Shown here: piece after piece, positions 39,131 to 52,254 of the stretch | Layout of the letters: every line of letters starts with the position of its first letter | How positions within the stretch are numbered: position 1 is the stretch's first letter | Assembly (NCBI GenBank): GCA_013265495.1 | Contig: MU058198.1 | Coordinates: forward strand, 2,864,419-2,928,418 | From: Vicugna vicugna | Lineage: Eukaryota | Direction of reading: 5' to 3' | Length of the DNA: 64,000 nt | Position numbers and translations under genes: made by a program | The notes under the pieces: model-generated | Databases searched by the model: none | Told to the model about the DNA's origin: nothing | What the model saw: the letters and a program-made list of their open reading frames with translations, nothing else

Positions 39131-40344
39131 GATATTCATCCTATGGGATCATGGTGATGTTAAAAGAGATTACATACATACAGAACATGGTGCTGTATTG
39201 TATCTCTCTCCCTATTGCTCCCCACGGGGTCTACACAGTGGCCTGCCTTCTGCAGGTGCTTTGTCTATAAGGGCTCAACATGTTGAACTAGGCTGAGAAA
39301 AAAGAAAAGGAAACTGACTTTATATAAGTCACACCATTTCATTCAATGGTTTTCATTCAATTCACAATAATTCTGTGAGAAAAGGATTATTACCCTCATT
39401 TTACAGATGAGGACATTGAAATACCAAAAGGCTTACAGCTTACGCATTTGGATGCAATTTGTTTCTGCCGAGGCTGCAGTGAAGCCGCTCCCGCCCACAG
39501 CGCTTCCAGCCCAGGGGAGCTCCTCTCTGCTCTCCCTAGCACCACCCCTTCCGGCTTCCTGCTTTGTGTTTTCAGAAAACAGGGCTGCTTCTGCCAGTTT
39601 CCTGCTCCAGCATTCGGATTTCATCAGCAGGCACAATTCTAATTGAACTTTTTATTCACTGACCACCGCTTGGCAATCAATCAAGCATCTCCCAAGCTCA
39701 GAGCCTGTGTTCACGTCTTTTAACCAAGAGAGAGAGAGAAAGGAGAGCAAACCTCAATCCTCATTCCTAGGGCAATGTACCCTGCTCCTGTGCTGGTTTC
39801 CAAGTCGCCCTGTGTTCCCAGGACACCATGCACTTAGTAATTTCTAAAGAAGACTGTTAGATTCAGATGGTAATCACAGTCCCCTTCTGGCCCAGTCCCT
39901 GGACTCCTGGCCTCATTAGAAATCCTCTCATTGCCTGCTTTCAGCCCCTCACTTGCAAATAAATGCTGGCCTCTGCTCTCCTTCCTGCCAGAATCTCAAG
40001 GCACCTCGTTTACTTTTTTCTTAATGTAGCATTTATTGTCATTTCTCCCCTGTTCTCTGATTAAAGAAGGAATGCATGTTCATTGCAGAAAAAGTGGAAA
40101 ATGTGAAAAAAATCACAAAGAGAATAGAAACTCAGTCATAATGCCACCAGCAAGAAATAAGCACTGCTGATATATGGAGGTGCAGGTGATCCTTGACTTT
40201 CTTAAATATGGCTTTTGTGCAAATTGCACATTCTGTGTCAAAATCCCTCATTCAGAGATCCAAAATGTAAGCGAAAAAGGGCCAGCGCCGCTACACTGCA
40301 CAGTTCCAGAGATTACCATTCATATTAGTCTATGGGAATGACAC

Positions 40345-40970
40345 TGTCGACTGGAAAAAAAAATGCACAATCTAAAAGTTGAGAGTTATGTTTTATTCGG
40401 TGGACTTTCTGAGGACTCAAGTCCAGGAGGCAGCCTCTCAGATCGCTCTGAGAGACAGCTCTGAAGAGACATGGTAGGAGCCAGGATACATAGGGGGTTT
40501 TGCAACAAAGACCGGGTAGTTGGAATATCAAAAGATTGCTGTTACTTAAAGAATGCCAGCGGGGGGTGGGTATAGCTCAGTGGTAGAATACATGCTTGCA
40601 TGCAGGTGGTCCCGGATTCAATCCCCAGCACCTCCATTAAAAAAAATTAAATAAAAATGAACTTAAAAACTACCAGGCATCTCAAGTTAAGGAATTTAGC
40701 ATTTTTCTATGTATGGGAATGTGCAAAGTCTGGGCTCATTGAAATCATTCCTTTGATATGCACCTAGCTATCTAGAGCCAGTATCCTGTTCTTTTCCATC
40801 CAGAATTCCCTCAGGGTGCACTGTTGGAGGTGTCTGCAGAGCCCCAGTTGCCCACTTGTCTCCATCCTGAGTTCCCTCCAGTCCCCTGGGGGTGAGTGGT
40901 AGTGGCTGATGACTTGATGGCCACAGCATCCTTTATTTACTCGTACAGCAGGCAACATTTCTCATTCACA
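40345..40970 (-). mobile_element. ERV1-class solo LTR with 4-bp TSD and a nested SINE
   Basis: TG...CA termini flanked by ACAC (40341-40344 and 40971-40974); AATAAA on the minus strand at 40392-40397. Confidence 0.88.
40561..40665 (+). mobile_element. tRNA-Ala-derived SINE nested in the LTR
   Basis: gggtatagctcagtggtagaatacatgcttgcatgcaggtggtcccggattcaatccccagcacctcc plus A tail. Confidence 0.88.
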
Positions 40971-42444
40971 ACACCCTCTGAAGTTGTGCAGTGTACAATC
41001 TGTGCAGCTGTACTTGGCAGCTCTTGTATAAGTCCCGAGCCTAGATAAACTAAATGATGAAGACAGTTCCTGAAAATTGCTATAATATAGGAATGTGGGA
41101 CCAGTGGTGCCAGAATCTTGTGACTTTTTTCAAAAGAAGCTAGAAAATCTGGATTTTTAATTAAATCACCCAATTTTTAAATGTTTACAATTAATTCAAT
41201 TTAAAAAAAAACCACTGTGCAAAACAGACTTAATCTGGACAGTGGAGTGTCTAGTGACTGAAAATGATTTCAGGTCATCCCAGGGCCTTCCCCTCTCCTG
41301 GCCTGGCTTCTCCTCCTCGCCCCACTCCTACACTCACCATGTTTGTTCTCCCCACGGAGTGGCCTCCAGAGGTATCTTCCTAGGCAGGGAGTCTCACTCA
41401 GTCCAGAGTTTGGGCAGTGGCAGAGGAAGGGAGTGAAGAAGGGGGTGTCAGCAAAGGCCCACTTATCCCCTGATCCTAAGACAACAGGGGAAGATGGTTT
41501 CCTTTACCCCTTCTTTGACACATCACCCTCCCCTACAAATGGCCCATCAGTATATTCTTTCCAGTCACTTAAGAACCTCTCCTTGAGAGGAATGTTGGTG
41601 AGTACAATGTTCAGTAACATTTGAGACCCCCAGCGATGCTTCAGTTGATGCTTCAGATGAGTGTTTAGGTGGAAGACTTAAAGATGAGGGCTGCCCAACT
41701 ACCAGCCCTGGCTCCCAGGGAGAAGAGGGAAGGGCCATCAGGTCCTGGGTAAGGGGACACGTTCAAGGCCATTTTTCCAAGTGTCACTGCTATAAGAGGG
41801 ACAGTTGATGTGTTCTGTTCTTTGAGGGCACATTTATTCATGTAATTGTTTCATTAAGATGTGTCCCAACCTCTGGACTGTAAGCTACATGGGAATGAGA
41901 AATGAGTTAAGTTTTATTCTCTGGAGCCCCGGAGAGGCACTGGCACACTGTAGGTACTCAGTGAACACCACTGAATAAATGGAGGAGGGGCAGTGTTCAT
42001 ACCATCAACACCTCCCATCCTTGGTCCAGGCAGAGCACCTCTAAAGAGTCTCCCACTTCTTCTAAGACTTGCAGTGACCACAAGTAAGGATTTTCATTGG
42101 TTTGGCTCTCTAGGAATAGAAATCCTTTATGATATCTAAACCTACTGTTTCACGTCCAGAGAACCAGTTTCCAAAACATTTTGTATAAAAGTGGAGAGCT
42201 TTAGAATACCTTCAATATTTTCACCTGTGTGTGTACAACCATATTTCACAATCATGTCTTTCATACAACCACATCACTATTTTCCTGAGACAATAAATGT
42301 TTTTCTGTGACATTATTAACAGCTATGTAGAATTCCATTGCATAAATGTACCATTATATTTCCTGCTGATAAGCATTTAAATTGTTTCCAATTTTTTTGG
42401 TATTGTAAACACATTGGTGGTAAAATCTTTGTCCAGAAAATCTT

Positions 42445-42550
42445 GCATTTTTACTTTATTTATATTATTTTATTTATTTTATTTTATTTTATTTATATTA
42501 TTTATTTTATTTTATTTATATTAATTCATTCATTCATTCATAATATTTTA
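42445..42550. repeat. AT-rich low-complexity (TTTA/TTTTA)n tract
   Basis: Direct reading of the sequence. Confidence 0.85.
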
Positions 42551-45500
42551 TGTTAAACTACTTGGTTAAGTGGCTTGCCAGTTTTGAGACACATAAATAT
42601 TGTATCAAATTTCCACATACTGTGTGTGAGTGCTCATTTCCCCAGTCCCTGATCCACAGTAGATTTAGAGCTAGATTGTGGGGCAAACACTCATTTGAGG
42701 CATCAGTCAAAGCATCACTGGGGGACTCAAGTGTCACTGAACATTGTATTCACCAAAATTCCTCTCAAGCAGAGGTTCCCATGTGGCTGGAAAGAATATG
42801 CTGATGAACCATTTATAGAGGAGGAGTGAAGCCCTTCAAGAAGCTTACTTAACAACCAAATAGACAGTCATGAAGCTACTGTCTAAGGAGGGTTTTTCCA
42901 AATAACTGCAGGGATGTTACTTTGCTCAGTGGGGCATGCAAGTTCAGGGCCAGAGCTGAATTGTTGGGGTACAGAGAGGCTGAAGACCACTGCAAATTGT
43001 CCTCCGTTTTCACTCTCCTCCACTTGGCACTCAGCCACTCCACTTTATAATGACTGAGCAATTTTTTAATGAACAGAAGTTTTAATCATGTAAGTATGTT
43101 GCATTAGCTGGAAGGATACCCACGATAAGCTGATAACTGAAAAAAAGAAGCTGAAGAACAGTATCTTTTGTATTGCTCACTTTTAAAAAATACTGTGTAT
43201 TTTTAAATTAAATTAAATTAAATTAAAGTAGTATGTAAGTAAGACTGTTTGCCAGGCAGATTTTAGGAGATCCTTCCTTTTGAGAGACGGGAAGAGGAAC
43301 TGTGACAAAGATTTCATATATGAAAACACTGCTTTGCCTCCATCTCTTTTAAATAGCAACCCCTCTTTAAGCTTGAAGACAAAGGGCACAGGAAACAGCT
43401 CCTCGTGCCCTCCAGTCCAGGACACCTGCCTCCTCCCCAACATCCCCGTGTTTACACCCAGATCCATCCTTTACCAACCAGGCAAATCACGTCACTTCTT
43501 GGGAGTCTCACTTTCTTCATTTGTAAAATGCGGTCAGTTGTAGTCCCGGGCTCATAAGATAGCGGTGAATTTTAAACAAAGTAATGCATAGAAAGCATTT
43601 GGCGCAGGACCTGGCACACAACAGATACTCACTAAATGCTAGCTTCGTTGTTGGGACTATTCCCCCGACTGTCCAAACAAGCAAAACGAATAAAGATCTT
43701 ACTTCTCGGCTGAGACTCGGCGGGCCCTCGATGCCAGCTACTCATCTGCAGTTTTACAAAAGCAATTAATGCTCGCCTGCGATCGTGAATCTCTTGATCG
43801 TCCTTGAAGGCCGAGTCACCCTGTTGAGAGAGGAAGCCAGTGCCCTTGCACCCGTCCCAGCGTGTTTATTATGCCAGAGAGGCTGCTCAGACTCATTACT
43901 GCTGCGGAATACAGGCCCCCAGGGGCTGAGCGGAGCAGGATAATTACCAGCAGGTCCCTAATAGGTATGGACTCGATGGAAACAAGTCGATCAGGAAGGC
44001 GGCATTTATGTCTAAACTATTCCAATCCACGCTCGGTGGGGGGGAGCACGGAGACCGCTAATGAGGGCGGCGCTCCTGAGGCCAAGGGCCCCGACCGCCA
44101 GCTCCCCCCTTGGCAGCCCTGCGCCTGAGAGAGTCCTCACACTGCTCCTCCCCGGTCTCCTTGATGGCTCACCTTCAGGGGAACTAAGAGACATGCTGGT
44201 TTGGTTTGATTCCAGAATCTTCTCTGCCTTCACAGCCTCTCCAGCCAAAGAGCTTGTTCTCTCGGAAATTCCACTTTCGAGAGAAGTTTCTTGAAGCAAG
44301 CCTCCCTCTCTGCCCTTCTTTCCTCTGCCTCCTGCTCAGCTGCATGCCTCCTCCTCTGTTCTGGTCACAGGTGACATCATTTTTGAAATCACCAGTGACT
44401 TCCGAAAGCCACCTCACCTCTGCTCACCACTCTGTGTCCCTGAGGGAATGTGACTTGATTTCTAACGTTTGCTATCAGGATGGCATGCACACATGCTTAA
44501 TTAATCTAAAACACGATTTGATTAGAGTTCCTGATGGCCTGCCCCCCTCCAGAAGTAAGAATCTCAGTCCCCAAATTAGGGGCGCCAGAAATTGAGCCTT
44601 CTGGATGGTTCCAGAGCTGGTCTTTATTGGTAGCCCAAGCTCCGTTTCCTCTGGGTGGTGGAGACACAACCTCAGCAGCTCAGGGAGGCCCCCTCACTTG
44701 TTCCCTGGATGGGTGGGGCACCTGTATTCTGGAGACAAAAGGACCTAGTGCCAGAGGGAGACTCTGGTTCTTGTTCATTGTCCGCCATGCATGCTGGCAT
44801 CCCCAAAGCCACCCCGCTCCTCTCCTGACTTGGCCGTCATCCATCATCCATGCAGAATCCTTGCTGAGATCTGCTCATTCTCATGGCAGAGTCACACTGG
44901 TCAGTCAGTCAGCTATTTCCAAGCCTTTCTCCCCAAATAGCACACACTCACCTCCTCTTCCGCTAAACCATCCCTCCTCCAAAGCTCTAAAAGCCACTGA
45001 CTCAGTGGACAAGGAAGGACAGAGAATCCCTTGTTAATATCTAAAGTGAGCATTTTCCTGTAAGTATTACAAAGGAAAAATAAATGGTGGGTGGTTAGGA
45101 GTTAGTCAAAGGTCAAAAGGACCCTTATAGTTTGGGAGGCTCCTGTAACACGAGTACAGTTTTGGACACAGCTGGTGCTCCTGGAAGGAATGAGATAGGG
45201 TGGACCAGTAAAGGAGAAGGTAGCCTTGGAAATTACCTGTGGGAGGGAGCTTCCTCTGGGTTCGGAGGCCACCAGTGGCTTTCTTCGTTCCAAAATTCCA
45301 TAGAAACATAAAAGCATGCCCATCAGGAGGGGTAGAAAATTGCAAAGAGGGGAAGAAGCAGCCAGGCTTTTTTTTCTCCCCTAAGGCTGTGGAAGCATGT
45401 GTAATTATGTCATCCAGGTAACAGCCGGGTGCACCATGGTGCCTTTCCTAACTCCTTCTCATTTGCCTCTGGAACAAATTGTTTGTCAAGACACACAAAC

Positions 45501-47348
45501 TACATGAGACCTTGAGCAAAAGTCAGAAGCAGCCAAGATCTCTTGGGATCCTGCAAAAGCATTAGCCTAATGTAGAAATCTGAAGACAATTCATGCCACC
45601 AGACAGCTCTGCCGTTCTTGGCCACCATGCAAATTACAGACGACCTGGACTACCTACCCTCTACGTCTTTCCCATCCCCATAGTATCCTGAGCCTCTTCC
45701 CTGCCAACTCTTCCAATCCTGAGCAAAAAAGAAGCCTGGGCCATCTGACCACCTGCTCCTCTAGTCCCATCACTGACATCCATGCCCTCCTGGACCTGCC
45801 CCTCTGGTAACTTCAGTGTCCCAAGATGGCCTGTCCAATGAAAGCCCTCAGTTCTTGGGCTCCGCCACTTTGATGCCTGCCTGCATCAACTTGAGCCACG
45901 CTTGGAACTTCTCAGCATCTTCTAGAAGTACCCCATCTATTTCAGAAATGCTAAGCTTTCCAGCTGGAATCACTTATCTGCTCCACCGCTCCAGTAACAC
46001 TGAGACCTCCGGGGTCTTGTCTGTCTCTTTTTCCTCACCTGTGAACTTCTTCTTAGCTTCACATCCTTTCCTCACCAGCCCAAACCCCACAACCCCTCAT
46101 TCCAACTAACCGCTTGCCACTCACACTCCCAATGGCCCCTGTTCCTCTATCATCACCTCCGTAACCCAGAATTCATTCAGACTGCTGGAAACCACCTCAG
46201 AAATGCACACAAATGTCACTACAAGTGCATGGTCTCCACCGTCGGCTTCACTCTCCAGCCTGTCTAGGAATCAGTTAAAGGATGAAGTCAAGTACAAATA
46301 CGTTTTGGTTTAATTGTCAAACTGAATCAAGTCTTTTAGCTTCTCTGAACCGTTGGTGCTTGTCCCTAGAACCAATCAGTGTCTCTGACAGGAACAGCAA
46401 CAAGGTTCTGTTTTAATAGATGATGTGGATTGTGAAACTACTGCCATTGTTCCATTACAAGACCAACGTGCTTGCCCTGGGGACAGTTTCCAAGGCTTCC
46501 AGAATCAGTTCCTCACCACCTCGTGGTGGAGGGTGACGGTAGCCTCCCTCACACACCCTCACTGATTACTGAGTTCTTGCGCGATGACCTGAGGAAGCAA
46601 GCTTATGCTTGGAGAGATTAGCACTCAGGGGCAAGGTCAGCTCGCATGTCCAGAGGCATTCTTAACTCTAGGATGAGGGTGAGGCTAGTCTCTCTGACAA
46701 CAGATCTCTCCAAACTGGGGACTAAGAGCACACCAACATTTTGCTTATGGGTAAGACTTACTCACCTGGTCCACGGAAGCAGGACATGAGGAGGTCAAAA
46801 AGAGGCAAGCCCTTCCCACCAGTATAAGCACGTGTGATTTTCTTATTTAATGCATATAATATATTACACTCGAATTCCTTCAACAATGATACAGTCGCAC
46901 TACTCCATCCAATTGATCTGCAGCCACTGGGCCATGGATCATTCCAACACTCAGCCCGCAAGGCTGCCTTCAGAACTGATGAGCCGTGTCTCAGTGACTC
47001 ACCTCGGTGGCCTGAGTGACAAGTCTCACTTGGTTTGTCTGTCTTTAGAACTCACACTGGAACATGGTTGCTCCCCCTGTCCCTGTTGACAAATCCCAGG
47101 CACAGACAGTGGAAATGAATGGCATGGGAGGCCGAGCCGGGTGCAATGAGTGGGACTTGTACTCACTGTGGGATCCCAGAGCTGAGTTCCAGCCATATTC
47201 CTCATTTCCACTTGGTATTAAATGAGACAACAGAGGACTTAAAAGGCGTGGGACACAGTAGGTGCTCAGTAAGGGCTAGTTGGGCACTGATGTCAAGCAG
47301 TGATGGGTAGTGGCTCAAACCATGAATTCTAGAGCTAGATTCCTTTTT

Positions 47349-47488
47349 TCTATTTTTTTAAGATTGTATTTATTTATTTATTGTTATTTGGGGGGGTTAT
47401 TTATGTTTAGGGGGAGTTCTGGGGGCTGAACCCAGGACCTCATGCATGCTAAGCAAGCACTCTACCACTTGAGCTGTACCCTCCCCCT
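47349..47488 (-). mobile_element. tRNA-Ala-derived SINE inserted in a MIR-like fragment
   Basis: Antisense SINE body; TSD tagattccttttt / tagactccttttt. Confidence 0.88.
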
Positions 47489-47869
47489 TAGACTCCTTTT
47501 TTTTCCAAGTCCATCTCTATTGCTTACACGTTGCGTGATCTTGACCTGCTTAGTTGCTTCGTGTCTCTGTGGCTCAGTTTCTCCTCCTTGAAATGGAGTT
47601 AATAATAGTCACTACCCCCACTGGACTGCTGTGGACAACACTTAGCACATAGAAAGCATTCAATAAGGATTAGCTAACTTTATTAACAAGCTGATGACAA
47701 TGACGTTGATGGTGATGGTTAGAGGAAGAGGGGTCTTTGGACCCCACCTTAATGTCCCCAGCCTTTTAGCCTGACCTGTCCTGCATAACCCCAATCCAGA
47801 ATCCACGCATCTTTGTCATCTCAGCTGGGATGCTGGGGAAATATTTTCATACGAGTCTGGATTGGCCTC

Positions 47870-48411
47870 TATAATGCATTAAAGATGGACACAAATTCCT
47901 TGACACTCCTCCCACTGAGAGGTGGAGTCTGATTACTCTGCTCTTGAATCTGGAATGCTCTTAGTGACTTGCTTGACCAACAGGTTGCAGCAAAAGTGAT
48001 GTTATGAGACTTCCAAGCCGAGGTCATTTCAAGCCTTTCAGCTTCCGCTTGGATCTTGTGAAAGCTCGCTCTTGAGATGCCCCTTTGCAGAATCCAGCCA
48101 CCATGCTGTGAAAAGCCCAAGCCACACAAGAGCCCTACATAGGCACCCTAGCCTAGAGCCCCAGCCACGTTCCCAGAGATCAGCCAGCACCACCCGCCAG
48201 CCCTGTGAGTGGGCCATTTTGGACAACTGATCTAACCAAGCCTTTGGATGACTTTGGCTCAACTGCCATCTACCTGCCAAGATACCACAAGGAAGAGCCA
48301 CCCAGTGGAGTCCAATCAACCCACAGAAACATAGGAGATAAAAATAAATTGTTGTTTCAGGCCACTAAGCTTTGAGGTGATTTGTTACAGCAGAAATAAA
48401 TAACCAGAACA
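47870..48411 (+). mobile_element. MaLR solo LTR (MLT1F/G-like)
   Basis: aaagatggacacaaattccttgacactcctccc ... aataaattgttgtttcaggccactaagctttgaggtgatttgttacagcag...aaccagaaca. Confidence 0.8.
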
Positions 48412-48728
48412 GTGTCCGACCTGAAAGAGGTCAGTACACCTAGTTCTCCCCAACCTGTCCTTGGAGCGCTCCTTCCTCCTTCCAAACCTTCACACCTCAC
48501 AACCTGGCCCTCACTTTGCCACAGTGCATCTCATGTTACAGACGGTAGAGTTTAGCCTACAGAAAAGGGGGGAGAGAGGTGGTTTGTTCAGAATCCCTGA
48601 AGGGAATTGAGCATCTCCTGGAAATCCAAGAGCAAGAGTCATAGTTGGTGAGGCTGGAAAGCAAGGGGTGAAGCTGAGGAAGTTCCAAATGTTTCTTTTG
48701 GTCCCTTCAGCCTTCCATAAACAACTCC

Positions 48729-48875
48729 GTTTTTTGTTTGTGTTAGGGAGGGGTGGGTAATTAGGTTTCTTTCTTTCTTTCCTTCCTTTCATTTAACAGG
48801 GGTGGAGGTACTGGGGATCGAACCCAGGACCTCGTGCATGCTAAGCACACGCTCTACCACTGAGCTATACCCAAC
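48729..48875 (-). mobile_element. tRNA-Ala-derived SINE (Vic-1-like)
   Basis: ggaggtactggggatcgaacccaggacctcgtgcatgctaagcacacgctctaccactgagctataccc; flanked by ccataaac on both sides. Confidence 0.9.
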
Positions 48876-50354
48876 CTTCTCCCATAAACCCCTCTGGGCC
48901 CGGCTCCCACGACTGCTTTCTGAGGTCTGTTTTCCTCTGGAATGTTAGCATCTTGATGCCTCCCACCAGGGTCCTCATCAACTATCCTTTATCTTTTCTC
49001 TACATTAGAAATCCTTTCACTTCACAACTGTCCCTTTCTCCTGGCACGTATCCCTCAGAGAGCGGCTCTGTCACTAAGCCTGGTGCAACCTGCATCCGTC
49101 TCGGGTCTTCCGGAGTCTTCCTGTATCGAATGAAGTGGTTCCAGCAGGTGGGAGGGGGCGGGCAGCGCACCTAGTACTCATTTCAGCGTCTAAGAGCAGA
49201 GAAGTGTGTGAAGTTTGGAAAAGGAAACCTGTCTTATGTCCTTTAATTCTCAAACAACTCTATCCAATAGGGACAAATGGCACCCTCACTTTCGAGCTGA
49301 GGAAGCTGAGGGATGCCAAGATAGGGTAGCACCCTCCAGCCCCCACAGCCAGGACGGAACTCAGCTGGGACCCGGACACAGATCTGTCTGCCGTCAAAGC
49401 TTGTGTTCTGAGCCATTCCCTGGCCCCCTTATCTACGCCACGGTCTGCGTGCCCAGGAGGAAAACAATATGAAATAAAAGAGATTGAGAAACACTGGAGA
49501 GTCTACAGCATTTCTTTCAGCACGACATCTTTTTCTCATATGCTCTAGTATTTCGTTCTCTTAATCAAGTGTTTCAGGATGCTGGGGGCTGGGTACATAA
49601 TAATGAGCTGGGTGTAAACCAAAGGGCTCGAGGAGAGATGACTGCTCACAATGACACCCACCCCCATGGGAGGGTTTCGTGATATCACATAATACAAGGG
49701 CGGGGAGACGGCTCCATCTCTCTCTATCAATACCATACGGTGGAAATGTGTTAAAGAGACAGACCTGCATTAGCTTCTGCAGCAAGGGCCCTGGTCTCTG
49801 TAACCCTGCGGGCCCTACAAGGCTACGCATGCAGAGCATGTGCGGGGTCCTGGCTGGGCCGCCGTTCAGCACCCCCATTAACTAAGCTCTCCCTCTAATG
49901 AGCACAGCCCCGGAGGGAGGGCAGAGGGCCGGGTCAGCGGGAAGGGCTCTGCCCTCCCTACAGATCATGGTCCAGAGAACAGGCATCACGGGGTCTCAAA
50001 TGTGCATCTGAATTCCTTGCTCTGTGCTGTCACTCCCTGGCTTGAATACAGATGAAGTCAGCTGAAACACAGCAGCCGCTGCAGGGAGGAAGCCGGCTCC
50101 AGCCTTCTTAATGTCTGCCAGGAGACAAGGGACAATCCCTCCACCCTGGGGTTCTCAGCTGGGGTTCCCCCAGACTAACATACGCTTAAGGCAAAAGCAT
50201 CAGGGGGTGCCCCCGAAATGAGGGGGTAGGGACTGCTGATGGCACTTAGCACGCAATAGTCCCAAAGCAAACTTTGCAGACATCCTTATGTGTATTCATT
50301 TTTTTAAAGCTTTTGTTTTAATTACATATGGGATGAGTGGTGGAAACCATAATC

Positions 50355-50406
50355 TAATAATAGTAATAATAATAATAATAATAGTAATAGTAGTAGTAAT
50401 AATAAT
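50355..50406. repeat. (AAT/AGT)n microsatellite
   Basis: taataatagtaataataataataataatagtaatagtagtagtaataataat. Confidence 0.9.
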
Positions 50407-50629
50407 GTAGCTACTCTTGTATGTAGTACTTACTGGGTACCAGATCCCATTCTTAGAATTTTTAAAATGTTAATTCATTTAATGCTTTAACATTTTAAAT
50501 TACATGATCTATTTTTATCCTCACTTGATAGGTGAGGAAATAAAGACACAGGTATTAAGAAAATTTTCTCAGGTTAAACAATTAAATGGTGAGGCTGAAA
50601 TTTCAATGTAAACAAATGTACACCATGGT

Positions 50630-51123
50630 TGTATCTGTTAGCTTTTGCTATGTAACAAATCATCCCCAAACCAAAAGGCTTTAAACAGCACACACTGATT
50701 ATTTCTCATGTTTATGTGACTTGGCAGACTGCTACTGCTGGTTGGGCCAGCTCAGCCGATCTCTGTGGTCAGCTGGCAGCTTGGCCAAGGCTGGATGGTC
50801 TAGGACAGCCTCAGCCACATGTCTGATGATTGGATCCAAGTCAGCTGGCGTAATGAGGATGACTTGGCTGTGCATGTCTCATCATCCAGCAGGCTACCCC
50901 GGATTTATTCGCAGAGAGGTGGTCACAGGGATCCCAAGATGGATGAGACGGGGAGGATCCCAATGAGCAAGAGCTTTTTGAGTTTCTGTTTGTATCACAT
51001 TTGCCCATGCCCTATTGGCCAAAGTAAGTTACAAGGCCAGCTCAGACTCAGTGTAAGAGGGGACCACCCAAGGTCATGAACATGGGAGGGGAGTAATAAG
51101 GGGCTATTTTTATAATCTCCACA
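50630..51123 (-). mobile_element. MaLR solo LTR (MLT1H-like)
   Basis: tgtatctgttagcttttgctatgtaacaaatcatcccc...cctattggccaaagtaagttacaaggcc...ataatctccaca. Confidence 0.75.
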
Positions 51124-51801
51124 GTAGTCTTAGCTCTGAACCACTCAACTAAACTCTCTTATGCTTCTAACAGTTTTAACCCAGCTCTGGTTATCAGTAG
51201 AGCCCAGAGCAAGAATGGCTAGGAGGCATCTTTCAGCCAAAGTGGACCAAATACTCCACACAGCGCCCAAGTCATTCCTCCTTCCTCTCAATGCCCCACC
51301 CAACCAGCACCCACCATTGTGTGGAGACAGAATCTAAGCATCCACAGAAGGAAAAGGAAATGGACTGCGAATCCAGGAGTTTGAGTCCAGTTAACTGGAA
51401 GCTAGACTTGGGACCTTGGGCAGATTCCTACGTTTCTCTGGGCCCCAGTGATTTTATTTTATTTTATTCGATAGCCCCATGCATTCAGTAAACATTGATT
51501 TGGTTCCCACTGTGTGCTAGGCATCACGTTGGACATCGCAGATACAGTTGTGAAAATAAGTAGGTCCACGTCTCATGAAGCATTTAGCATAATGGGAAAT
51601 AGGCGTTAATCAAATTATCTCAATAACGAGCACATAATTGCAGACTGTGATGGAAGCCCAGCTCTATGAGACATTACCACAAAGAAACTTGGTTTAGACC
51701 ATGGGGAGGGGGGTGGAATTAAGGAGGGTTCCCCTCAACGGAAGGACAGTTGAGAAGAAGCTAACTGGGAAGACCAGGGGAAATGACACTGAGTCCCAGA
51801 G

Positions 51802-52254
51802 TGACTGGGAGACGATTCTCCACAGACTTCCTGCATCTCTGCACATCTTGAAAGCAGAGGTCCTGACTGCCTTTGTCCTGGGTGTGCTTTTTTGTACAGC
51901 AAACAGCCTTGGGAGATAGAGATCGTAGCTCCCTCTGGAGCAATGGGCGGGCTTGCCCAGGATGAAAGATTCAGGTTCCCTCAGCGCCGGGTTCCTCTCC
52001 TGTAACACCACCCAGTGTGTGCACAGGTGTCACTGGCCCTCTTCCCATCACCCTGTGGGAACTGGGGCTCAGAAAACCAGAGCAAAATGAGGATACTCTA
52101 GACTCTGCTCTTGCTGTCAGTAATAAACTGTCCTCTCTTTCTGACCCGGAGTCTCACGTCTTCTGCCAGCAGCCATGAAGCTGTGGCAGCACTCACAGGT
52201 TAGCTTGCAAGGAAGGGCAAACTCAGAGCCTTGGTGCTCACAGGTCCTCGAGCA
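51802..52254 (+). mobile_element. ERVL-class LTR (LTR40-like)
   Basis: gggagacgattctcca...gactgcctttgtcctgg...aacagccttgggagatagagat...ctccctctggagcaa; AATAAA near 52122; ends near cacaggtcctcgagca. Confidence 0.7.
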
